Position numbers and translations under genes: made by a program. DNA of 64,000 nt from the human T2T-CHM13v2.0 reference genome, Homo sapiens. The notes under the pieces were generated by a model, which ran no database searches, had not been told where the DNA came from, and worked only from the letters and a program-made list of their open reading frames with translations. The first letter of the stretch is position 1. Each line of letters opens with the position of its first letter. The stretch is taken from assembly GCF_009914755.1 (NCBI RefSeq), contig NC_060928.1; one strand, given 5' to 3'. This document shows, piece after piece, positions 11,771 through 26,355 of this stretch.

Positions 11771-12741
11771 AGGACCTGGCAGGCACGGGCAGTCCCTGGG
11801 ACATGCCCATCTCTGGAAGCCTAGGGGTCCCCAGCTCCAGGCCTGTCCGCTGTGACTGCCTGTGTGGGCACGCAGATGGAGCCTGTCTCCTGCCTTCCTT
11901 TCCATGGTTTGCCAGGGGTTTGGCATCTTGACTGCGGAAGCTGTGGAGTCTGTGTGCTCAGAGCCTTTTCTGGTGAAGATATCATCAGAGCATGTGACCT
12001 CTGTTTCCTCCCCCTGAAGGCCACCGCTGGGCCTCTGGATCTTAGACATGAGACGGTCAAGAGATTGAAGTAGTAGCCAGGGCCCAGGTGTCCAGAGAGG
12101 GTGGCCTGGGATGGGGAGGGCCCTTGCTCCCCAACAGCAGTGCTGGGGGAGCCAAGAGAAGGTGGAGCATCCCTGAGTAGTGGTGTGCATCACCCCCAGT
12201 TTAGTAATCACGGGGTGCCATTCCCCGGTGGGAGCACCCACCATCAATGTCATTGAATGTCCCCATGGGACAGTGTTGAGGACTTTTGTGACATCTGTCC
12301 TATTTCACAGCTCAGGGAAAGGTGCACAGTGCACACGGGCACCCGGTGGAGAGGTGTGTGTGTGAATGAGTGAGCGAGTGAATGAATGGACACGATTCTC
12401 TCTTCAGCCTCTGTCATTGCTGTTTTCTTCAAGGCCCAGGGCCATCCCCTGCAGAGGTAGGGTGGGCTGCAAGACCTCAGGCCCCTGCCTCATGGGACTC
12501 TCTGATGGGCTTCAACCGTGGGCTCTTGCAGGCATGGAGCCTGTATCATGACACCTTACACCCAAGGCCAGCAATGCAAGGAGAGTATGGACATCAAATT
12601 CTTTCCTTCCAGAGGCTGAATTCTTCAAAGACACACGCGGTCGTCCCTTGCTCTTGGCATTAACGGTGGAGAACCCAGCTGAGGTGGCTTCACAGATTCT
12701 TCCCCAAAAACACAGGTGTTATTATTATACTTTTAAAAAAC

Positions 12742-13051
<310 letters not shown>

Positions 13052-13531
13052 TGACTCACCAATGCCTCCCCCAAAAGGATAAATTTAAAGGTGTGTATAA
13101 CTCATGAAGTGTAATTCAAATAAAACAAATTATCGTTTGGAATAATAACAACTATAGGTATGTGGTCAGGAAGCAGTTAAAAACATTAAAATACAGACCT
13201 GGCCAGTTCAATCCAACCCAGGGGTTCCAAGCAGGAGGTGGGGCAGGTGGGCGTCATGCCCTGATTCACAGAGGGCACAGGTGGGTGTCATGCCCTGGTT
13301 CACAGAGGGCACGTGAACTCGAGACCGTGCTGCACCCCGGTGCCCCTGTGCTTATAAGGGAGGGCACGTGCACAGCAGAAGCAGGTTGTTCCCCATTTAA
13401 AGTTCTGGAGCCCAGGCTGTGAGCTCCTTGGCTGAGCCCTCTCCTGTCCCTGGGAGCTCCCCAGGTGCGAGGAGCCTGCCAGCCAGTGGGGCCTACACTC
13501 TGTGTTATTGCATCTCCGCCAGGCTAAAAGC

Positions 13532-13683
13532 CTTGGTCACTACTTTAGAGCCACTCAAGGAAACGCGTGCACCCTGCCCTGCTGGAAGGCACCATGGTTA
13601 GAGGGAGGCACACTGTTTCTTAGAGACGGGGACTGCTTGCTGTCATGTTTCGCCTTCCTCGGAAGCTCCATGGAATGTTCTGG
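13532..13683. repeat. ~150-bp diverged direct repeat, copy 2
   Basis: homologous to 7111-7261 (offset ~6421). Confidence 0.8.
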
Positions 13684-13865
13684 AGCAGGCATCTTAGGGC
13701 ATTCCCTCCGCACTTCTCTGCCAGCCCATGTGGCTCCCACACTGGGCTATCCCTTGCCTTAGGCTTGTGGCCTTTTTTTTTTTTTTTTTTTAATTTGAAA
13801 AATATTTTTCATGTGCACTTAAACGTGTTGTGGAATGATGCTGGGTCTCAAGAATGCTGTGAATC

Positions 13866-13871
13866 AATAAA
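13866..13871 (+). terminator. candidate GPR78 poly(A) signal AATAAA (alternative at 13119-13124)
   Basis: AATAAA with an upstream U-rich tract and downstream GT-rich sequence. Confidence 0.5.
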
Positions 13872-16419
13872 CATTTTATTCAGAGGGTGTCTCATTTCCA
13901 TGGAAAGGGGGGAATTCTGCCGTGCATTAGCCACAGTCCAATTACCAGGATAGCAGAGCTTTCTAGATGCCTGGGCTTGCAGGCAATCCCCTGCTGGGCT
14001 TCCAAGACCTCCAGGCTAGGCCCTGCACTGTGTGCAGCGAGCGAGGGAGCCTTCTCCTGTTGTTTTGACGGTGGAGCTGCAAGCTTGGGAGGCTTTCCCG
14101 TGGGTGGGCGGGAAGCAGAGAGCCGTGGGGGCTGTGAGGCTGGCAGGGAGCTTGCAGGACATAACTGCTCATTTATTTTATTTGGGGGACCGGAGTTTTT
14201 TTATTGATTCCATCTGTCAGAGGGCTGCAGCATTCCATGACGGGTAAGGCAGAGGGAGGCCCTGTGGGAGCCCAGAGTGACAGTCCTCTCTCTCAGCTTG
14301 CCTTCTTGTCCTTTTGAGACCATGATCTGCTTCTCCTGAGCCTCCCTCCTGTTCACATGGGATACAAAACTCAGCCAGAAGGGGTTCTGAGCCAGGAGCC
14401 CTCTCTCCATCCCCTCTGTGCTTGCTGACCCTCGCCCTCCTGCCTCACCTGGGCACCCATCCGTAGCCAAGCCTCCAGAACCCTTCCTGGTCCCTGTCGA
14501 AGCAGTCCTTCCTCTCACCCACCCTCCACCAAGCAGAGCCAGCTCCTAGAAATGCAGCTGAGAGCAGGTTGTGTTCCTGCCAGAAGCCCTGAGAAGTCCC
14601 CAGGCTATGGTCTCTGCTCCTGAGCCTGGCATTGCTGGCCCTTTCTGTTCTCTGTCCTCACTGCTCCCCACTCCTATCTACGTGGCCTCGGGCTAAAGTA
14701 CTGGGTGCCCTAGTCTACTGGCCTCTCCCCAGGGGGCCTGGATCCTTTCTGGGCCTTCTCTTGGTACTTCCTCCTCCTCTGCTTAGCCAAGTCCTTCCAC
14801 CTGACTGAGGCAGACACAACCCTCCCTCCTCAGGTGCTCATAGCCCCAGCACCCTTCTCTCAAGGGTCCAGCCATAGGGTGGGTAGGAACAGGGTCAGAC
14901 CCACTTTTATCCCCAGCACCCGCTCTGCAGCAAGTGCTGGGGATGCCGGCATGCACACACCATGTCCAGCTGGGGAGCAGGCTTCCAACGACTGACAGGC
15001 TCCTCCGGCTGCCATGCTGACCCTACCCCAACCTCATGAGCCCCAAGGTGGGCCGCTCTTTTGAGCGGTGAGTCTGTGCTCTTTTGATGACACAAAGTGG
15101 CTTCTCTCCTAGAAACTTGTCCTGCAGGGCACCCCCCATGGGACCACACACCCGGCCCCAGGGGCTGTGCTCTTGCAGACTTGGCTCTGGCCACACCTGC
15201 TGGTTCACTGGCCCCACCTTGACTGCACAGGTGTGGCTGGGTCCTCTCCCCGTGGCCTATTGCCCGCTGGGCTGGCTGGACAGTGTCTGGGGATTTGGTG
15301 TGATGGGGACGACTTGGATGCCTCTTTTACCCCTGGGAACGATTAACCCTGTCTTGTGATTTGCCCCTGATGAACCATTTGGTGGGTTGGGCCCTCGTGG
15401 GTGAGATGCTGTGGATTTGAGGCTGTCCCTTCCAACTTAACTGTGGAAGAGAGAAGCTGGTTCCAGGAAAGATGACCAAATTCTTCTCCCCGAGTCTTAA
15501 AAAGTGACACAAGCTAGCACTCAATTTCCTCAAATCTAAAATGCCGTTGATTTTAAACTGTCTGTTTTAGGTACCACTGGGAAGGAAAAGCCCAGAATGA
15601 GGGCTGTGCTAGGAGACACCCTCAACAGGTGGGCCACTCACGGCTGAACGCTCAGCGTCCACGAGAACTAAGCCTGCCACAGCAGGGGACAACAAGGAGG
15701 CACGGTGTCCCCACCCCAGCTCTCAGGGAGGAGGAGGAAAACCCTCCCTGGGACTGTGCACTGCCAGCTGGGGCTCGGGAAAGCATGGAGTCTGAATTCG
15801 CCCTCAGACCTGGGCTGGAAAGCTCAGACAGGGAAGTCAAAGACTGTGGCCCCGGAGGCTGGCCGGGGCAGTCAGAGTTGCTTCTGGAAGGACCCAGCTG
15901 AGTCCAGGCAGAGAGAGGGCAAGGTTGAGCACCAGGCGCCCCAGATCCCGGGGGGTATTGAAATGGGCATCTTTGAGCAGATGACCTGCAGGAAGCAGCA
16001 CCTGCTGGGTGCCAGCAATGAGTTGGGGCCACAGTGAGTACTGTCTCCATTACCCCAGCCTCTGGGCGAAGGGGCTTGTCCTAAGTCTCAGGGCTGGCTG
16101 AGTGGCAGCTGGCTCTGGGGACTGCTACTGGTGCACTGGTATAGCTGGCAAAGGAACCCATGAGGCACATGGCTCCTAAAGGTCCAGCCACCCAGCAAAG
16201 CCCCCTCCCCGCATCCACACAGGGGACAAGGGTCAAAAGGTGGGGACATGCCTTCACTTTCCTCACCTGACAGGCCCTGGTCTGCTGGGGTCAGCGCTGC
16301 AGCCAGAACCCGCATTCACCCGCGACGCAGCCTGTGCAGGGGACCAGGGGTTTTAGGCAGGATCAGCAGGGAATCTGCATACCAGCTCCACAGTGCACTC
16401 AGGTGGCAGATGGGGAAAC

Positions 16420-16800
16420 TGAGGCCCAAGGAGGGGCGGGGAGCCCCTTGGACGGGGCGGGGCACTCCGCCCGGGGCAGGCAGGGGCCTTTATCTGCTGT
16501 CCTGCCCCTCCTCCTCCCCCAGCGGCATCCTCTCTCTAGCTTCTGGCGCTGCCCACTGTAACCCGACTCCGGCATTTGCGTTTGGGGCGCCCTCCCTGCG
16601 CCGGGGGCGGGAGCCCAGCGAGCGCAGAGCCCCGGCCCCGCGCGGCCCGAGTGCCACATCACTGCGCTGGCCGTCCAAGGTCCGCCGCCCCACCATGCCG
16701 CCCCCGCCGCCGCTGCTGCTCCTTACAGTCCTGGTCGTCGCCGCTGCCCGGCCGGGGTGCGAGTTTGAGCGGAACCCCGCCGGTAAGGCCGTCCCCTGCC
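16420..16800 (+). promoter_or_regulatory. CPZ: CPZ CpG-island promoter with GC boxes
   Basis: ggggcggg at ~16433, ~16454, ~16603; CpG-dense up to exon 1. Confidence 0.7.
16695..16782 (+). CDS. CPZ: CPZ coding exon 1 (signal peptide)
   Basis: caccATG; MPPPPPLLLLTVLVVAAARPGCEFERNPA; donor CG|gtaagg. Confidence 0.93.
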
Positions 16801-18498
16801 CCCACCCTCCACCCTCCACCCTGCAACCTCTGGGGAGTGTGATCCGTCGCTTCCCAGGGGCCCGGGAGCTTTCTTCCAGTAGGTCACGCGCCTATGGTCC
16901 TGGCGAGAACGTCTCCAAAGTGGGCAGCATGTGGCCTGAGACTGGTAGGGTGACCTCTCCCCTGGACGGGGACACCAGGGAGGCTCTCTACGGCATCCAG
17001 GCCGGGACCCCAGGCAGCAGAGGGTCACCACGCCTGGGCCGGGGGGTGAGATCTTTTTCCTGTCGGACACAGCAGCAGGGGCGCCCTGCAGGTGGGTTCG
17101 AGGGAGCAGGTGCCAGGACTTTGCAGGGTGAGAGGCCATCTAAGGTCCCCGGGTCTTTCCAGGAACGGGACAGTCTCTCTGGGCTGTGGCAAACTCTTGA
17201 CCCCTCCCTCCCAGCTGGGGCTGTGATGTGGACAGCAAGTCTCCGGAAGTGGCCCTAAGGGCTGGGAGGGGGCGTGGGCCCCCTGGAGGGATCTGGGGCC
17301 CGGAGAGGGAATGGACGCAGGGATCCTCTGGGAGGTCTGCCCGCACGACCTCACCCAAGGGGTGTGCAGCGGGGGTGGGGAGCAGGAAGGTAGAGGCTGG
17401 GGGCTGGATCCTGGGCTCCCGTCTGGCCTCACGGCCTCTCCAGGTGTGGGGGTGCATCTAGCCAACCGTGCTCAGGACTCTCATCAGAAGCAGACATCTG
17501 GGCTCCTGCGGGAGTGGGGCCGTGTGTGGGTTCAAGGGTGCAGGGTGTCAGGTTCTGAATCGCTTGTTCTCTGGGGTTTGTGGATACCTGAGAACTGCCT
17601 GAGCCCTGCGAGTGGATGTGCCAGGACCACAATACCCCACCCCAGTGCGCTGTGTCGACACTTTTCCTTTCCGTCCTGTTGATGCCTGGATTTTCCTCCC
17701 ACCTCTGCTCCTCGCCTTACCTCTGGGCTCTTTTCTACCCGCTGCGTGTGTGCTCATGCAGGTGTGCAGGTGGGGTGCTGCTGGAGCTTGTGCCGTGTTG
17801 TGGGTGGGCCTCCCCTTGGCCCCTGAGAGCCCAGACAGTATCTAGAATCATAGGCTTGTTGGAGACCACAGCCCCCTCCTCCAGGAAGCTCTCCTGACCT
17901 GCCCTTTCCCAGGAAGAAATGCAGCCTCCTCCTCTGCACGCAGGCAGCACAGACCACCCTGTCCTCACCCAGCAGGATGCATGGGCTGGTCTCTGTCCCT
18001 GGCAGGTGCTGAGCACAGCCGTGGCATCGGCAAGTGTTTCTGGGAGAAATCACTCATCCCCCAGTCCAGTCTCCCCTCTTATGGACGAGTGTAGAAGTCA
18101 AGGACGTTTCCAGCCCACAGGCAGAAGTGGGCAGAGCCGGTCACCTGCAGTGCAGGTCCCCCACCCCGGGCTGCCATGTCCCTGTCTCGCCATCTGGGTC
18201 TTGCTGAGAGCAAGCCTGGTGCTCTCTCCTCTCTGCCTCACCCTTCCCTGGTGGAAGATTCCCTGTCCTCACTGGAGCCTGGGGACGGAGGTAATTTTCA
18301 TGTCCTAGGGTCTGGGATTCAGATTCTGACTCCTCAACTCTGCTGTGTGACCTGGGCAGATGGCCTGACCTCTCTGACCTCATTCAGGTCTCATCCCTGA
18401 CCCAGGCACAGCCACTGGTCAGTTTAGGAGGGGGAGGACTGACGGGCTGTCACTCCCCTGTTGAAGAAATGCTGCCACCTCGTGGTTAAGAGGCTTAG

Positions 18499-19138
<640 letters not shown>

Positions 19139-19529
19139 GCTTGAGAGCCTTCTAGGGGCATAGGCTTTCACCCCACTGTGCGTTTGCAAGTCTGCAGGGG
19201 GATCCGGGGATGTCTGTGTCCCACGGTGGTTGGGGTGGGGAAGCAATGGTGAATAGCCTAACCAGCCACAGTTGTCCTGGCTTTGCTCTGTGGCTGCCAG
19301 GGCAGGTGCGGCCTGGGAGAGGCAGAGGGTGGGCTTTGGGTCAGCAGGCCCACCCCCGTGTGGTAAGGGGCAAAACCAGAGGCCTACGGAGGCCAAGGCA
19401 GCTGGCAAAGGCCCAGCCACATCATGGGACTAGCTGTGTGGTCTTGGGGCAGTTGCAGCCCCCGAGGGCTCCTCCCAGACCATCCTGACTCTCTTGTGGC
19501 CACAGCAGCACCCACTGGGGCTTGCTGAT

Positions 19530-20270
<741 letters not shown>

Positions 20271-23200
20271 ACCCCTCTCTGTGCCTTGCACATGGCGGCC
20301 AGTGGAAGTGGGGGTGACCCAGCCAGCAGACACTCTTCCTGCCCCTTGGGAAACCCCGATGGGGCTGCATGGCTTATTGTGGGGTCACAGGGGATAGTCC
20401 TGCTCCTGCCCACGATATGCCCCAAGACTCTGTGTGTTGAGCATTCACTGGGCACCTCACCCTCCTGTTGTATTAATCTTGATGGATCCTCCAACAGCCC
20501 TATGAGGTAGACGTGATCCTTATCCCAATCTACACATGAGGAAACTGAGGCACGGGCAGTGGTTCATCCTGGAGTCTTAGTGCCCTCATCTGTGAACAAG
20601 GGAGACTGGAAGCCACAGGAAGCCAGGAAGGATCGCCTGTCCAGTCCCTGTGTGATGGTCCAGTCACTTGTGTGGGCGCTTGGTGGCTTTGGAGGAGCAG
20701 GTGCAGGGATGGACACCTCACCTTGTAGCTCCCTGAGGCCAGCAGAGTTCCCAGGGTCAAGTCAAAGTTAGTTCTTCCAGTCGCTCATGTCTGCTGAGTG
20801 AATAAACAAAGTTCCAGGTTCACCCAAGCTTGCCAGCTCAGGGCCAGGCCACGCTCAGTGCCAGCCGGGCACCGTCAGAGCCTTGTGATGGGTACCCAGG
20901 GAGTGGAGCAGGGGTGCTGGGCTGAGATCACCTTGACCCTTGAGCTGACTGTGCTGTAGCATCTGCCTCGGTCCAAGCTCAGTGCAGGATGAGACCACGG
21001 GTCAGCTGAGTGCAAACCCTGCTGCCAGAGTGGCCCCACTGGTGGCCAGCTTTGCACACCGGTGCTCGCTCAGGGCCCTGCACAGGATGGGTGCTCACAC
21101 AGGGCCCTGTGTGGATGCCAGCCTTTTATCTGCTCTTCCCAACATCACCCAGTTGTCTTTAGCCACACTGACAGGCGGGTGAGGGCACAGTATTTCAAGC
21201 AGAATCCCGGACCAGCTTTTTTTTCATTCCTTTTTTCCTAAAGTTCAAGCTGTCATGCCTCCTTTATGCTGCAGATTGGTGGAGTCTGGGGACGCTCTGT
21301 CTGGACCATGAAGGCCTGGGAGTCACGTGAGAGTGCCAGGGAGGGTGTCTGGACAGTCTCACGCCCACAGGCCCGTGACAGTCATCCAGGGGGACTCAAG
21401 CTCCTCTGTGCTCATCCCAGCGCGCGTTGTGGGCGTCCGCGGGCATGGACGGGCAGGTGGGCACACTGCAGCACCCCTCTTGGGTTAGGGCCGCCCCACT
21501 CCCAGGTGCTTTAGGAAAACAGTGCCCTTGCCTGCTGCTCTCCCACACTCAGCACAGCAGGGCTTCTGCAGCTTGTCTCCGGGTTGTTCTGAAACCATCC
21601 CAGGAATGATGCACACTGTGGCTGATGGAGCCTCTTCCCCCCGGAAGATCGTATGCTGGGCTCGGACCATAGGTCGTCTCATCTCACAGTATTCCTACAA
21701 AATGATTATAATGAACCCATGTGAAATGGGGGAAATGGAGACACAAAAGAGCCACTTGCCCGGGGCCCCCGGCTGTGATGTGGCGGTTGGAACCTGGGCC
21801 CGGTGGTCTGGGGCTGGGCATCTTCCCTGCCCTCCACAGCCCTTGTGGTTCATAGTCCATGTTCCCTGCCAGCTTGGACAGGGAGGGAGAGTGAGCCCAA
21901 GGGCAGCCGTGTCTTCCCCAGGGCCGCCCGCACACGCCTGTTCCACGCCCGGAGAGCGCTGTGTGGACCTCTTTTGTCATCTGTGATGAGGATGGAAACG
22001 GGAGCTCTCCTAGGAGTGCCTGGTGGAGGACTAGTGCCCTAAACGTCCCCATCCCACAAGAGCTCTGTGAGCTGAATGGTGTAGGGATCCAGGACTGTGG
22101 TTGCCCAGTCCCCAGTGGGGAAACCGAGTCCCAGGAGGTTCCCGAGGGTGGGAGCTGCCTGGCCACAGAGCAGCCCAGGTCTCTCTGACCTTTGGAGAGT
22201 TGCCATATGCTCAGCCAAGTTTTCACAGCCCCCAGATCCTAGGGTGAGCTCCGAAAAGCGGCCTGCACTCTCCTGGCCTCAAGGTTCTGTCCCAGGTTTT
22301 GGCTGGAGGTGAAGTCACAGCCAGGCAGGCAGGCCTTTTCCTCTGCTCCAGCCTGCTTGCCCCCTTCTCCCTGGCCCCCTGCACCCACTCCACACGTCCT
22401 GCCTGTGGGTCACGTCCCCTTCTCCGGGTTCCTGCTGCTCCCACTGCCCAGCCTGCCCCCTCTCTGGCCAGGTGGGCTCCGGCATGGGCCCGTCCCAGCA
22501 CTAGCCGGGTTTTAAATCTGATGCCGGGTTCCCCGCCTTGGATGCGTTCTCGCTGCCTGATGCACACAGAGCCTTGGGTCCCACTTCATACAGGGCCCTT
22601 AGCAGCCAGCATTGCTTAGGGTTGGCTGTGTTTGGCCTTCTCAGAGGCCTTACTGTTGGGTTCACATGTCTGGGTTCAGAAAGGGCCCTCGAAACCCCAC
22701 GATTGTGAGGATGGTTTTGTGTGTTGATCCTTTGTTCTTGGAAGAGGGCCCCTGATTCAGGAAATGGGGAGAGGCCACACCCTGGTGGTGTCCTTGGGGG
22801 CACGGAGCCTGCGTGGCTGACTCTGGGAGGGGCCTGGGTCTGGGTGCAGCAGTGCCTGCTGGTGAGGGCTCCGGGGGCTGACAGTTAAAACTTTTGGAAT
22901 CTTCTGAGGACTCAGCGGCTTACGGTGGGAAGCTTGAGATTGGCCACAGTAGAGGTACTTGTGCCCCAGCACTCACAGATGCCACCTCAGGGCTCTTCTG
23001 TCCTGGACATCAGGCTTGTGGGCACCATGGCCCAGCCCCGGGCTTCGAGCCAGATGGATGCCACTGACGCCTGCTGCCGCCTGTCTGTCCTTAGGCAGGT
23101 CATGTGACCTCTCAGACGCAGCTTTCATGCCTGGGAAATGGGGGTGACTGTGGTGTCTGCCTCAGGGGCTGCTGTGAAGACTCCATGAGATGGAGCTGGC

Positions 23201-23312
23201 GGAGGGTGGCCTGGGCTGGTCCCTACCTGCACTCAGGGCCCTGGCCGTGTGTTGCCCGGTGAGTGAAGGATGGCGAGGCAGGTCCCTAACAGTGCCATGT
23301 CTCTCTTTCCAG

Positions 23313-23345
23313 GTGAATGCCACAGGCCACCAGCTGCAGACAGCG
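23313..23345 (+). CDS. CPZ: CPZ coding exon 2 (33-nt microexon, GECHRPPAADS)
   Basis: ctctctttccag| ... GCG|gtacag; phase 1-1; its inclusion gives the 652-aa product. Confidence 0.85.
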
Positions 23346-23982
23346 GTACAGTACCGGGACCTCCCTGGCTTCTGTTCTGTAGGAGGGCTGCAGCCCCCAC
23401 ACTGTCAGAGCACTTTAGGCAGCTGAATCCGTGATTTCAGAAGTGGGTAATGGATAACACAGCCCATTAATCAAACTAGAACCCCCTCGTAAACAGCCAG
23501 AGAAAAATTAGACATAACAAAAAAAGACCAGCTAGGAAAAGGTGCACCAGCTTCCCACCGGGCTATGCCCACCCCAGCCCCTGCAGAGATGTCCTCTCCA
23601 TCCCTCTCCAGTCCCCACTGCAGTCACACGTCCTGCATTTGGGCCTTGTCCACATGCATTTCATGGTCACTGGCTCTGTGCCGGGCCCCTGCTGAGTCTG
23701 GGGTTTGGGTGAGTCACCTCCCCCTCCAGGCCCCGATTTCCTCCTTGTGACAGGAGGAGTGCTGAACGAATCTTGTGAGATGGTTTCAAAAGTGACGTGG
23801 GAGCCAACCAATGTGAAGTGCTCAGGTCAGGGCTGAGGACAGGGCTTTTTCCCTGAAAGGGGCAAACATTTCATTGTCGCCTCCTGACGGATTTGGGCAT
23901 CTGGTGTATTCTAAGTGGAGGCTTTCAAAATATCAGAAAAAAAATTCTGGGTACCAAGTCAATGACATATGTAAAATGCCTA

Positions 23983-24136
23983 TTTTATTTTATTTTTTAT
24001 TTATTTATTTTTATTTTTAGAGATGGAGGTCTTGCTGTGTTACCCAGGCTGGTCTCAAACTCCTGGCCTCAAGTGATCCTCGCATCTCAGCCTCCCAAAA
24101 TGCTGGAATTACAGGCGTTAGCCACCTTGCCTGGCT
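23983..24136 (-). mobile_element. FLAM/Alu monomer
   Basis: (tttat)n + gagatggaggtcttgctgtgttacccaggctggtctcaaactcctggcctcaagtgatcc. Confidence 0.8.
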
Positions 24137-24982
24137 GTAAAATGTGGTGAGCAGGGCAATGTGAGGCAGAAAGAATCCTGTCCTTTCTAGACTTTGACAT
24201 GAGACGTGGCAAAATGTCATGACTTGTCCTATGCGATGCCACATCGGGAAAGTCCAGCTGAGGAAAAGAGGAGAAGGCCATCTGGGGGTGCGAGCGTGGA
24301 GCCAGCGGCTGCGGGGACACAGTCAGCTCCCGACGGGGCTGGAGGGCCCTGCTAGGCCGATGAGGGCCTTAAAGATGGGGCTTTTGGAGCTAAACAAACA
24401 GCTGTGATGAGGAAGCAGGAAGGTGCCCAGCAACAATGAGGACCCTACCCTCTGCCTGGGCTTACGGCATCCCTGCGAGCTGCAGAGCAGAGATGAGCCG
24501 GCTGAGCCGCATCTGTCATTATCCACTTCTCATCCAAGTCCTGAGCCCCAACTGACCCATTAGGGTCCCCAAAGACACTAGACGCCCAAAGCAGGATGTG
24601 TCTTTTGGGACGTCTTTGTGCTGCGGCTGTGGCTCCTGGGTGGTCTGTGCCTGTCCCTGCCTAATGCAGCATCAGCTGGCTGCCTTCACGGGCCCTTGTG
24701 TGGCACAGCTGCTTTGCAGATGGAGACGCCGAGGCTCAGGGCAGCCTGCTGCGGCTGGCTTGCTGGTGGGTAGTTGAATCTGGTTGGTCTTAGGCTCCTC
24801 CTCTGGTCTCTCACAGGCTCTGATTCCTGCACAGTAGCTGTTGTCCTGGTCCTCCCCTGCCAGACCGTGGGTGCCCCTCCCTGCAGGCCCTGGCCCTGCG
24901 TGGGGTCCCCTACGTAAATGTCTGACGCGTCACGGTCAGGGCCACTGCGGGAGGGACTGACCTGCCGACCCTGCCTCCCCAG

Positions 24983-25357
24983 CCACCTGCGTGGACCTGC
25001 AGCTCAGGACCTGCAGCGATGCCGCCTACAACCACACCACCTTCCCCAACCTGCTTCAGCACCGGTCGTGGGAGGTGGTGGAGGCCAGCTCCGAGTACAT
25101 CCTGCTGAGCGTTCTACACCAGCTCCTGGAAGGCCAGTGCAACCCGGACCTGCGGCTGCTGGGCTGTGCTGTGCTGGCCCCCCGGTGTGAGGGCGGCTGG
25201 GTGCGCAGACCCTGCCGGCACATCTGCGAGGGCCTGCGGGAGGTCTGCCAGCCCGCCTTCGACGCCATTGACATGGCCTGGCCCTACTTCCTTGACTGCC
25301 ACCGCTACTTCACGAGAGAGGACGAGGGCTGCTATGACCCGCTGGAGAAGCTTCGGG
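24983..25357 (+). CDS. CPZ: CPZ coding exon 3 (Frizzled-like cysteine-rich domain)
   Basis: TCVDLQLRTCSDAAYNHTTFPNLLQH...CAVLAPRC...PCRHICEGLREVC...WPYFLDC; ag/gt boundaries, phase 1-1. Confidence 0.97.
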
Positions 25358-26145
25358 GTAAGGGAAAGTGGCGGGGGCCTGTGTGGTCATGGGGTCCAGG
25401 TGGTCAAGGAGGACCAAGAGCCACACTGGAAGGAACTTGAGGGCTTTTCCATCGACAGTGACGGTGCAGGCATTGGTAGAGGGCGGGGCTGCTCCCCGAG
25501 GCAGCATGTTCCCCACAAAAGGGTGCCAGGCAGGGTCGGGGGCTCAGTGCAGATGGAGGATCCTCTCGCTGCCCAGGGCCCCCTAGCAGAAGTCTCCAGC
25601 CCCTTAGAGGCAGGCTGGGGTGGAAGGGTGCTGAGTCCAAGTGGGGGCAGTGCCCCCGCCCAGGGTGCAGTGAGCAGGCCTCGTGTGGGGGAGCCTGGGC
25701 TCAGAGTGCAGGGCTGGCCCTGGGGGTCCAGTCCTCAGCCACAGACCCTCCAGAACCACAGTGCTTACCCCTGGTCAAGGGGGGGGCGGGACATTTACAT
25801 CCCCCGGGAGGTCTGGCGGGCAAAGCTTCACGATTGCTCATCGCTGGGCCTGGAAGATCACACAGAGGGTTTGGCTTGGAGTGACTCCTCCAAGCAGGGT
25901 CTGCACCGCCCTGTGGGCTCAAGGAGGGAGAGGAGCTGTGGAGAAATGCTTTGATGTCTCTTGCAGATGAAACAGTGGAGGGGGAGTGGGCAAGACTGGG
26001 CCACCATGGGCCACTTGTCTCTGAGGTGCGCAAAGAGGTGCCAGAGGGCCACTTGGCAGCGGGGCTGGTTGGGGGCCCTGCATGGAGTCCCCTGTGTCTG
26101 TTGTCTCACGAGTCGGTGTCCACCAGAGACCCTGCATGATCCGCA

Positions 26146-26355
26146 GCAGCCCTGGCCCGTTAGACCTTTCTGTGTAAAAGAAATGTTCTATTCTGTTCTG
26201 TCCAAGACAGTTACCACTGGCCGCATGTGGCCCCCAAGGCTTGGGATGTGGCTCTTGCCACTGAGGCCTGGATGTGGGCGTTTCATTGCATTTGAATGAG
26301 TCTGAACCTGTCTTTGAAGAGCCTAGGGCCAGTGTGTGCCACATTCAACTGTGCA
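26146..26355 (+). mobile_element. MER3-like hAT DNA transposon remnant
   Basis: gacctttctg...gaaatgttctattctgttctgtccaa...ccactggccgcatgtggc. Confidence 0.55.

Noticed and set aside
16248-17258. 336-aa ORF across the CPZ promoter
   Set aside because: Stop-poor GC-rich CpG island; only 16695-16782 is coding (signal peptide plus donor).
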